A DNA stretch of 64,000 nucleotides, taken from positions 181,860 to 245,859 of the forward strand of contig NMRA01000561.1 of NCBI GenBank assembly GCA_002633005.1, in the 5' to 3' direction. A program made the translations under genes and the position numbers. Source of the DNA: Phoronis australis (taxonomy: Eukaryota > Animalia > Phoronida). Every line of letters starts with the position of its first letter. Position 1 is the stretch's first letter. A model generated the notes under the pieces. The model worked only from the letters and a program-made list of their open reading frames with translations, searched no databases and was not told the DNA's origin. Positions 52,756 through 64,000 of this stretch are shown piece after piece.

Positions 52756-55700
52756 TTATTTGAAGACATGAACACGTCCGCTTGAGTTGACACCAGCGAG
52801 AACATCTAAAGCTGGATGAAACGTGTTTAGGCTGCACACAGACACCAAGTGTTCAGACATGAATGACTTCACAAGATTGCCTTCAATGTTGAAAAGTTCA
52901 ATCTGAAATAAGAAGAGATCATGAGGCAATTTGACAGTTTATGTGGGATACATTTAACCCACTAAGAAGGGTAACAACAGGCAGCTTGCATATAACTGTT
53001 AAACCTTGAAGCTGCTTTCAACAGTTTACTATGTAAACCAGCACTAGCCTGCATCTTAATCATATAGTGAACACCCTTCACAAAAAGGAGTTCAGTTTGG
53101 CCACTAGAGTGCGCAGTCAATGACCTGTCTCGTGAACCTACTGTAACTCGCTCATGGTGAGAGATGTCTTACTACAAGAGGTCACCACTGTGACAATACA
53201 CAGGCCACGCCGTCTAATAGTCTAGTTATCTATCTTTTGACAGTTCTGAATCAATAATAAAGTGAGACTTTCCAATATTAAATTGCTACTGATTCACTTC
53301 ATCAACATTTGAATGCATCTTTTTTCAGTTACCAAAATCAAGGAGAAGTCTAATTGCCAGATCTCCTCTAATTCTCGTTTTTACATTTTTTGGTCAGTAT
53401 GATGGGTCATGTGGTTCAGAGTAGGTGTGCATTGTTCTCTTGTGGGCATAAATAAACTATGAACCTCTTCTGTCTGATTCAGACCTCTTAATATTATTAC
53501 ATGCAGGCAAATATAATCAACAATCACATTGTTACTGTTAAATCAAGATTTTTAGATTTAGGAATTTCTGTCAGTAACAATGTGTACATAGAAGAATTTT
53601 GAAGACATTTCTTGAATTTGTATCTTGTGACTATGCACGGGTTAAGGTGCACGAACAGGAACTTCAACAAGGGTTCAATTGTTTGCTAAAGTAAAATCAA
53701 CTTACAAACAGAATCAGAAATTTTAAGGAACTCAGTATCATTGTTTTAAAGCAAATGGCAAAAATAGACTGTAAAACAAACGTGAATTTTATCCTAAATA
53801 CAACGGATCACTCTTATTCAATGTCAATAAATTGATTTATGCTTGAAATAATTTAACATGATTTTGTTCAGCTCCAAAATGTCCTACCTCACGCGGTCTA
53901 TTCATACCTGACGCGGTCTATTCACACCTGACGCGGTCTATTCACACCTGACGCGGTCTATTCACACCTGACGCGGTCTATTCACACCTGACGCGGTCTA
54001 TTCACACCTGACGCGGTCTATTCACACCTGACGCAGTCTATTCATACCTGACGTGGTCTATTCATACTGCCAGACACAAAGAGTTCATGTTGAGGGTGCC
54101 ATGTTGGCCGGAAGTTGGTCAACCAACGGCCCACATGGTTGTCATGCCTGTAAATAATCAAATATACTGTCTTATCATGCCCAAGCTTATGGGGGAAAAC
54201 ATTTCAGAAATGGAAGCAAAGGAAAACCCTAGGTGATCATTCAAAGCTGGTCGAAATTTGTCAACCATCAAAAAGTATGGCACATTCCTACTTCATACTC
54301 GACAAAAAACTGTCAGCCAAAACCTGAAAGATTTAAGAAAAGCTACTATACAAGTTGAGGCCAGCAAGCTTAGTACACTTGCACTGACGTTTTGACACGA
54401 ACTCAGATTTTATCCATTTTAAGTAGCTCCAATCTGATAAAAACATACTTCAGGATAGAATATCTTTTAACACTCATGTCACTTCTGCAGTCAGAACAGC
54501 AGGAATCCCTGTCAGAATGTCTTTCATAAGTTTCATTAGCAAATGTAGTACATATTAATTACATAAACCTAACTTTATTCCGAATTTCTGTGGTTAGTAC
54601 TCACCGGAATGACTTTAGTTCCTTCAGATGTCCACCAGAAAATGAGTGAATTCTGAAAACCAAGTTGATTTATAATACAAATTGTACAAGGAATATTGGC
54701 AATATTAAATCACACAGCTGACATCTTTCATAGTAGCTTTGACATTTTGACACAGGAGATAGATAAATTATTAGTAACTAAATCCTCTTACATTCCAGCA
54801 CAGAAAATACATAATTAATCTTTAGTCATTTTCTCAAAAGCTCATTCAAAATTTCAAAATTAAAATGTGTCCGTCTACACTGATCCAAGATGCAGGGTTT
54901 ATTTATCTTGAAAATAATTTACTCCAACTTGAATGAGATTAAGCTTTTGGCCATGGGCAGAGTAGACATTACACTCTGGATAATTTTTGACTGTTGTTTG
55001 ATGCCAGCTTAATAATGTTTGACTGATGTTTGATGACAACTCAATAATGTTTGACTGGGTTTGAGGACAGCTCAATAATGTTTGCCTGTTGTTTGATGCC
55101 AGCTCAATAATGTTTGACTGTTGTTTAATGCCAGCTCAATAATGTTTGACTGTTGTTTAATGCCAGATCAATAATGTTTGACTGTTGTTTAATGCCAGAT
55201 CAATAATGTTTGACTGTTGTTTGATGACAGCTCAATAATGTTTAACTGCTGTTTGATGACAGCTTAATAATCACCAATGGTTACGTCATGCTCATCACAC
55301 AACACGAAACTTTTAAACATCTGGACTTGGACGAGCGCAGTTTGCAATTAGAATTCTCCTCTAGCAAAGCACACAACTATTGAGTTTACTTCTTGCAACT
55401 GAGTTCTGTTTTCAATCTTTCCACAAAATACACTCCGAAGGAATAAAAAGTAAAGATAAGGCAACCTTTTGGAGCATAGTAAAATGCTCTCAAATCAAAG
55501 CAGTACAAGCTTTTTGAGGAATGTATCTGTATTTAATAATTATCACCAACAGAGGGCTCACTGTGAATCAAGCCACCTTTGAAGTGGGTGAAACAGCTTG
55601 CCCTATCTTTGGATTATTAGTGACTGCATTCTTTGCTCAAAATGTACCTTCTACTTTTTATTTATTTCCCGAAGAAAGCAGCACAGAAATTTTCATAGCA

Positions 55701-58700
55701 TCAACATTGCAAAAGAGTGTACCTGATCTTGTTTTCCATATTGGCACTGACCACGTGTTGACCATTTACAGGTGAGAAGTAGGCAGAGTTGACACTTCGC
55801 GAATTGGCAGCACTGTCCACGCTCTTAGAGCCTGTTTTACGCATATAACGCAGGTCCCAGACAGCCATCATCCTAACACAAGAATTAGAGTACTTTAAGA
55901 GCGTTCAAATAAAAACAGTAGCAAAAGTATATTACACACACACAGTACAAGATAAATGGAATCAGACAAAATATCATTTCCCTGTTATGATGAGCAATTC
56001 TAATGATGGGAGGAGGGATGGAATAGTTTCCCCATCTTACTAACTTTGATGTTAATTCTCCTTCATTAGTCAAGGGAGATAACTACTGACTGCTGTCATG
56101 ACAGGGAATTTTGGGCCATTCAATTAGAATGCTATAAGTTTGTACTGTAGTCAGGAGATGAAAAGGAGTACTTCTGGCTGTTTTCACAATTGATATACAA
56201 GTCAAAGCTGTGTACTTTTGTGGAGTCAGAAGAGTGTGATTGTTATTTTTGAAACATATCTTACAAACAATCCGAGTGGTTTAATAAAACACAGCCACCC
56301 AAAAAACAAAAATCAAGCGGTCAGTGGAGAACAGGCTGAGGGAGCACGATAAAAGCTTAGGTCGCGAAGAAGAGTTGGTACTAAGATGGAGCAAGTGCAT
56401 TGTTTCACATTATTGGGGATTGACCTGAAAAAATGAAGCTTAGCTTTTGTATCTCAGGAGCTTACATAAAATGAAAAATAAAAAATACAAAGCTATTGTC
56501 AGTGGTAACTGTCTTAGTATTAATAGTGGGTGTGTCTTCGGTTTAGTCTAGTTGTTAAAGACCTCGTGGTCCAGTTCAGGTCTGGCTCTTGGCCAGGACG
56601 CATGTTCATTCCTAGTTGCGGTAAATGTGATCATTTTTGTTGTTACATTCGGTCATCAGAGCCATTAAAATGTACAAGTAAGAACAATAACAAAATAACC
56701 CTAAGGACAGGTGAAAATTATATTATGGAAAAGACAATAATAACGATGACACGCTGGTCCTTGTTGAAGATACGCTGGTCCTTGTTGAGGACACAAATAC
56801 TTGAATATTACTTAATTTGTCATCACCTCGTGATGTCAGCCATATTTCATCTAATTCTCCACTCAAGCATATACCACAGACTGGTTCTTACCCATTGTTT
56901 GAGGCAGTAAGGACATACTGCTTGTCTATGGGATGACTGTGGACGGTCTTGAGAACATTCTGGCAAAGACGGTGCTCTGAGTCGCCTTTCATCCTGAAAC
57001 AAATGAATGAGACAGTGTACATAATTCTTAAAGAGACACTCTTTCTCAGCCATGCTTCAAGTACAAATTATACACTCAACAAAACCATCAAAGCAAAATA
57101 CACTGCAAGCCTCAAACCTATCCATACAGTTCTACCCAAAAGTGAACAGATCTCTCAAGCCACCAACAACTAATAGCAAGAAGTGACTGTAAAATGCCAT
57201 CAATTTTGAAAGAGTTAAGCAATCTCTCTCAGACTACGTAGCGACATTTTGTTTCAAAAACTGAACATGATACCTTCATTCATGATTGAAACTTGAATCT
57301 TATGGAATTAAATGTGATAGTGCTAAATTTACTCTGCAGACTGGCCGAGCTAGAAATAAATCGTGTTTTAAGATTATTTTTATGTTACATGTAATTATGT
57401 TAATTGATAACCTTAGCTTGCTCTTTAATTTTGTTTATCTAGACCGGGAGTCTGACCTTTGTACTTGAACTTGTACTTTTTATGTCATTTTCCATTCTAT
57501 ATATGCCTCTTATCTAAAGATGATTGTTTATTGTTCTGTGCTCGAGAATGCAGGTCACTTGAATGTCAGGTCCAAGTTTGCACTTGATGATCCCTAGATT
57601 CAAGGTTTTGAATAAAAACTAGAGATTTCAAATTGATACCTTTAATACATAACTGAGGTTCACAAGTGCAAACCACTAATAATGAGTAAAAAACAACAGT
57701 CTGGATATTAAGACCTGATCCTAGGTCTTTTTGTGTGGAATGGTACAGTCTATTTATAATGCAATTTAGTGAATCCATGGTCAATAAATCAAATTGAAGA
57801 TGCTCACGCTCCACCACACTGCCCCCTGTTGATGGAGTACTGAAATGCTTGTAATCCTGATAACTCTCCAAATTAATTGCACACAGTCATTTTCACAGTG
57901 GAACTTCATGCCACCTTTGACACCATAAATGTGAACCCAATTTGCCATCACTTAAAACTGATGTCAAAAGACTTCCATACCTTCACACCTACCAATGTGC
58001 AGCTCCAAATATTCTGAACAGCTAAGGCTGAGCATACTCATTCGTCTGATTTTGCATGATTGCGAGTTTTTCAGATCCCTGTCATCGACTTCAAAAAAGT
58101 ACTATTGTGATATGGGTCGATCGCAAGTTTTGATTGACAAAATCATGGAGGCTAGTGATGCAACCCACCCAGTCTTAGTTTCATTCCACTGCTATTTTAG
58201 CAAAATCTACGATAAACAAAGAGCAGTTGTATTCATTGACAACTTGTAAATGTGAAAACAAAATATTCTACAAATAAGTGACCTTTGCACTAATGAAGCA
58301 CTTCAGGGTCTCACATAACCCGCATCATGCATCAACACTCCCCAGCACGACGTCATGATACTTACTGGACATGGTTTAGTGATCCGCGGAGGATCTTCTT
58401 CACCACAAAACGTGTTCTAAAAACATTTGACAATTTTCAACCTACTTCACATTCAAATCGTCGCTATATGTTGTGTTTCTAAGTAATTTGGCCGATCAGT
58501 TGAAGAGATAAGCAATTAGCGAGAAAGCTTCACCTTAACTATAAGTACAAGTACGAACTAATATTTTTTCATTGTATTCTACATAAAGTTTCAGCTTTGA
58601 TACATACCGCTAAATCAGGGACGTGGCATGAGCAGGAGTCTGTTCTTTATAATTGAAGAGCTCAGTTTTCAGATCATAGAGATAATCATGTTGAGTATCA

Positions 58701-61700
58701 AAGCATACAAATGTTCCAACAAAACTGACTTAGCTAAGACAAATCTTAAATTTTTATTAGTTAATTTTAAAATACAAGTTAAATTTGTCTCAAAACCAAT
58801 TCAAGAAAGAGATCTTAAATTTGACTTAAGTGTGTGTCATAAGTTTAGTCTTAATTTTGACTAACTTACCGAATGTGGAAGTTTCAAAGTTTGGAATTTA
58901 AGACAAATCTTAAACTTAAGTCAAAAATGAACTTAAGACAGTTTCTTGGAACAGGACCCTGAAAATTTTGTCTGAGGGAACATGGTAGTGGAGACCCTAT
59001 TGGGAATGTTTCATGCACCTGTCCATTGGATTGAAATCTCTTGAAAATGTTTTAACGTAATTTCAACACCTTAGCAAAGAGAAACCCTAATGCAAATTTC
59101 TAGACTGATATAGCTGAACAGTCTAGTGACTTGCAGATCTAAAAAAAAATTCACGAAGATGAATGACTATGAATACTTACTGATCAGATCGTATATCTTT
59201 AACAATAATTGAACCATCGTCTTGACACAGGACTAGAGAGCTTGGTGACAGGAAGTCAAAGTGCATCACTCGATTGTCAAAATCCTCAGGTGATCTGAAC
59301 ACCTACAGATGAAGAAAATAGAACTGAATTTTGGCCTTCATTTTCTTTATAACATCACAAGCAGAACAACCAAAATGAATGTACAAAATGTGTAATTCAA
59401 ATTCCATGCGAATGTATTCTAAAACTAGGGGTCAACAATCTGATCAGAAACAGGCAACATAAACACCACATTTAAGCGACGAGGAATAAAATAGATCAGC
59501 TGTAAATCAACCACCCGTGAATTAAAAGTCAGAGGCTAAATACAACAAAGTCAAGTAAATCTTGTCAGTGCAAGACTGAGGACAAAATATGAAATTAAAA
59601 TTACAGCAAATGAAACAATGAAAACTTCATATCAACATGGTCTTCTTTTTTTAACTATTTAGAGTTGAGAGCATACAGAAGTGCCTTTCGCTTGTCTCAC
59701 TTTCTCATTCTTGAGTGCCACGTTGACAGGGACGAAACACACGTTCACAAAGTGATGTGACTTTGGACATTTTGTTGGGAATTGTTAAATTATAGAAGCC
59801 ATCATGAAGATGGTCACAAACAATTCATGAAAAATGTTGAAAAAATCTCACTGCATTAAATCTCTAAAATAACCGCAGGATGTTGTCCACAAACTACTCT
59901 ACTGCCATATGGTGGCAAGATACATTTCATAACGTCACCGTTATATAATAAAATGAACTTTTTCCAAGATCATCGAAAAAGTGCACTGTGTTTTCCACAT
60001 TCATTAGCTTAGTAAGTACTACAAAGTATGTTACCTCGACAAACTGGGTGACACCGAGGTCCATGCATTTCAATGTGCCATCATAACTGCCACTAAATAA
60101 CTGTCTGTCATCACTTGGACTGTACAGAAGACAGTTGATAGGACGAGAGTGGGGTTCAAAGGTCAGGACATTTGATGAGCTCTACAAAGACACCTAAATA
60201 GTATATCAACTGAAGACTGAGCAACTAGAAAATTCTCTTTATTGCATTCAGTTCAAATAGGAAAAATAAAAGAAACTATTGAATGATGTTAAATCCAACA
60301 AAGTGAGAATGGCACCAGCAATACAGCATGTATCACTAGGAAAATATTACAACTGTCAAAATTTAATTTGCTTATTTCTCTTCTTGATTTCCAATAAAAC
60401 GTACAGTAAGTTACGACATAACTTATTAGATAACAGTCAGATTTGCAATAGTTTCTGACAAAATTTCCAGAAGCGACACTTAATTTGTGTGATAATCTCT
60501 GCTTCCAGTTGTATTCATTTTGCAATGAAAGTAGTTTCTAGTTTTGCTAAATTTTACTTAAAAGTTATAATCACTTGAATCTTAACGGTACATTTGTACG
60601 TACTTAACAATTTGTCAAGTGTTACAGGTTTTAAGATGTACCAAATAAATCAATATACCTCATCATAGAATCCTAACTGCCCCCACTTGTCTCCGGCACA
60701 AACTAATATTTTTGCAGTGGTCGGGTGAAAGGCAAGTGAAAAAGCCCGGTTTTTAACAACTTTGACGACGCGCTCCTCAGTTAAGCAAATGGATGAGAGA
60801 GAACTGTATGAACTAAAAAAGAACACAAAATAAAAGATACTGGCAAGGAGATGTTTGGCAGATGTACACATAGTATGACGGTAGAATAAAACATAGTATC
60901 ATGGTATAATAACACATAATATGATGGTAGAATAACTAGAGTTCAGTCAAGTGCACTTTGATAGTCACACAAAAACAGTGAACATGACAGTTGATCAAGA
61001 AATTCTGTTCCTAAATAAGAAAAGAATCAATAAGAAAGTTTAAGAAGAGAGTGTTAGTGACCCTCTTTAAATGCAAAATGTGACGAGCAGTTTCCAAGGA
61101 TTCCAAGAAAAACTCCCCTGCTGGTTAAATACTTATCTTTTGAAAATTCAAAGCAAATAGGATGTCACATCTATGTAAGACACCACTTGTACAAATAGGA
61201 TGTCACATCTATGTAAGACACCACTTGTACAAATAGGATGTCACATCTATGTAAGACACCACTTCTACAACATTAATACTTTAGTTCCACATTTTGTAAG
61301 GAAAGCATTAATTTGGCAGACAACAAGGGGCCAAAACATCAAAACAATTCAAATTAATGTTTCAATGTTCTGGCAGAAAAAAAATGCAACTTAATGTTAA
61401 TTAAGACAAATAAAGGCTATAGTATGTTGATATCTTCAGAAATGGAGATCATTTTAATAACAAATTTGACATGTTTTAATTGATCTTTAAGACAGAGCAC
61501 AATAATGTGGTTGATGACAGAATACAGATTGTTCACAACATGGGCCAGTTTCATAAAATCTAACTTAGACGTAAGACAGAAATTTGGTCTTACACCCCCA
61601 CTTCACAATTGCAGAGATAAGATTTAAACCAAGTAATTGTGAGTGCATTACAGTCAAGAAATAACATAGAGAAATTATGAAGTAAGTAACAAGCAGTTAT

Positions 61701-63072
61701 GTGTACACTCGGCGACTGCACTATTAAAGCAAGATTTAGTTATTTTTCTGAAATACTTGTGTGGAATACCAAAGTGTTGTTAGAGTTGTTCGATTGACTG
61801 TGTTTGGTTGAAACACTTCCCGTTCTGTATTTGTTAACCTGTTAAACTTACGATACACTGCCTAGTTCATCTAGCAGAGCCTAAGGATAACTTACGATAC
61901 ACTGCCTAGTTCATGTAGCAGAGCCTAAGGATAACTTACGATACACTGCCTAGTTCATNTTAATGTTTCAATGTTCTGGCAGAAAAAAAATGCAACTTAA
62001 TGTTAATTAAGACAAATAAAGGCTATAGTATGTTGATATCTTCAGAAATGGAGATCATTTTAATAACAAATTTGACATGTTTTAATTGATCTTTAAGACA
62101 GAGCACAATAATGTGGTTGATGACAGAATACAGCTTGTTCACAACATGGGCCAGTTTCATAAAATCTAACTTAGACGTAAGACAGAAATTTGGTCTTACA
62201 CCCCCACTTCACAATTGCAGAGATAAGATTTAAACCAAGTAATTGTGAGTGCATTACAGTCAAGAAATAACAGAGAAATTATCAAGTAAGTAACAAGCAC
62301 TTACGTGTACACTCGGAGACTGCACTTTTGCTATTAAAGCAAGATTTAGTTATTTTTCTGAAATAGTTGTGTGGAACACCAAAGTGTTGTAAGTGTTATT
62401 CGATTGACTGTGTTTGGTTGAAACACTTCCCGTTCTGTATTTGTTAACCTGTTAAACTTACGATACACTGCCTAGTTCATGTAGCAGAGCCTAAGGATAA
62501 CTTACGATACACTGCCTAGTTCATGTAGCAGAGTCTAAGGATAACTTACGATACACTGCCTAGTTCATGTAGCAGAGCCTAAGGATAACTTACGATACAC
62601 TACCTAGTTCATCTAGCAGAGCCTAAGGATAACTTACGATACACTGCCTAGTTCATCTAGCAGAGCCTAAGGATAACTTACAATACACTGCCTAGTTCAT
62701 GTAGCAGAGCCTAAGGATAACTTTCCCTTTTCATGAAACACACCACTGCTGACATTTTTTGAGCTTATTCAATGCGTCAGACATCTTTTCAAAGATAAAG
62801 ATTTTTCACTCATTTTATATTATTTTAAAAATCTACCAATAACTCTCAAATAATATTCATAGCCAGGAAAATAAAGGAAATTGATTAAAATAATGACTTC
62901 ACAAAAGGTAATGTTCCCCTTTATGAAATAACCAGCACACAAACCTGGTACATTTGACAACTTTCTTGGATCTAGATAAATTTTGGAGGGATACCAAGAA
63001 CTTGTCCACGACTTCATCAGCTATTTCACTGATGACCGACTCCTTAATGACCAGTGGGTTGGGCTTCCGAGG
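52756..63072 (-). CDS. WDR76: WD repeat-containing protein 76 (CMR1/DDB2-like), 3' coding exons (5' exons lie beyond the window)
   Basis: Exons 63072-62945, 60812-60659, 60181-60035, 59302-59181, 56993-56892, 55872-55723, 54652-54605, 54147-54048, 52902-52756 are in consistent phase. Motifs: ERVVKVVKNRAFSLAFHP, AGDKWGQLG, FEPHSRPINCL, SYDGTLKC, AVWDLR, SVNSAYFSP, HDNHVGRWLTNFRPTW, GSMNRPRQIE, NSSGRVHVF. Confidence 0.94.
53886..54067. repeat. 20-bp minisatellite (9 copies) spanning a WDR76 exon end and donor
   Basis: Sense unit GT(G/A)TGAATAGACCGCGTCAG; the first copy encodes the exon's MNRPRQ. Confidence 0.95.
54988..55270. repeat. 32-bp minisatellite (~9 copies)
   Basis: Unit TGACTGTTGTTTGATGCCAGCTCAATAATGTT. 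Confidence 0.9.
61154..61268. repeat. 38-bp tandem repeat, 3 copies
   Basis: Unit CAAATAGGATGTCACATCTATGTAAGACACCACTTGTA. Confidence 0.9.
61354..62570. repeat. ~600-bp direct duplication joined at a single N (61959); probably a haplotype or assembly overlap
   Basis: 61354-61958 is repeated from 61960 with few SNPs and indels. Confidence 0.85.
62456..62722. repeat. 44-bp minisatellite (6 copies; partial second array at 61846-61958)
   Basis: Unit GATACACTGCCTAGTTCATGTAGCAGAGCCTAAGGATAACTTAC. Confidence 0.93.
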
Positions 63073-63690
63073 CTAGAAAATCAACAAGTAATACTTTAGC
63101 TTACTCATACCTTAATACACAATAACAAAATAACAGCAACCCGGAATATGTGGGGAAACAAAATTATATGAGGGTTCAACATTATTCAATGAAGCATACA
63201 CAGAACAAATAAAAATTGGAAATGCTGCATTTCATGTAGAAACACTGTATCAGCCATCATGATGCCTGGCATCTACTGAAAACAATGCTCTATTGTATAT
63301 CAGCCATTGTAATGCCTAACATCTACTGACAACACACTGTTGTGGTATTTGCTCTCCATACAGAGCAAAAAGCATAACATCAGCTTTCCACAACATCACA
63401 GCTTGCTTCTCAATCACACCTAAAGGAACACTATCACTTTACACCCAAAATGCACTTTTCCGTTTATTGTCTGACGCGATAGATTTCTTGAACACTTTAG
63501 GTTTGACCACATCTATACAACAAAATTCTAAGTTCTCCACCCTACATATCTAGCACTGAACAATGTTTTGAGGAATTGCAGGCATCCATGATGGAATAAG
63601 AAATCATTAACAAGTGAAAAAAGATCAAAAGTGGCAATTTATTTTGTCCATAATTTCCTGACTTGATTTTTACATAACAATACTGATACT

Positions 63691-64000
63691 ACTCATGTTA
63701 CAAGGCAGTAAGTACTAATACTTACATGAAGGTCCTCCACTATCGACCACTCATGTTACAAGGCAGCAAATATACTATTGATACTTACATGAAGGTATTC
63801 CACTATCGACCACTCATGTTACAAGGCAGCAAATATACTATTGATACTTACATGGAGGTCCTCCACTATCGACCATTCATGTTACAAGGCAGCAAGTATA
63901 CTATTGATACTTACATGAAGGTCCTCCAATATTGACCACTCATGTTACAAGGCAGCAAGTATATTATTGATACTTACATGGAGGTCCTCCACTATCGACC
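63691..64000. repeat. 63-bp minisatellite (at least 5 copies, runs off the window)
   Basis: Unit ACTCATGTTACAAGGCAGCAAATATACTATTGATACTTACATGAAGGTCCTCCACTATCGACC. Confidence 0.93.

Noticed and set aside
61354-62570. Apparent ~600-bp segmental duplication
   Set aside because: The copies meet at a single N and differ at allele-like levels, so it is most likely two haplotypes or overlapping contigs.

Overview
This is intron-rich, AT-rich eukaryotic (invertebrate metazoan) genomic DNA with assembly gaps. A marine lophotrochozoan source is my guess, not a determination. I reconstructed six spliced protein-coding genes by hand from GT-AG exons, in the arrangement <-SLC1A-family glutamate/amino-acid transporter (5' part) <-SAXO-like axonemal protein | VPS26C-> <-BAG1 | HOATZ-> <-WDR76 (3' part). 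Introns hold many transposon relics: an internally deleted Kolobok element (TTAA TSD, THAP transposase plus KolX/P2X7-ballast-like ORF), a second THAP relic, a 5-bp-TSD hAT-like MITE family, Tc1, Harbinger, HERO/R2-like, Penelope-like and tRNA-derived pieces. The most unusual signals are: (1) several minisatellite arrays anchored on, and apparently made from, the genes' own splice junctions; (2) a nested ~1.3-kb palindrome in a VPS26C intron; (3) a 47-bp hairpin with a perfect 9-bp target-site duplication; (4) an out-of-frame strong AUG overlapping the BAG1 start; (5) two cilia-gene/housekeeping-gene head-to-head pairs. Gene identities come from remembered protein motifs; no database search was run.
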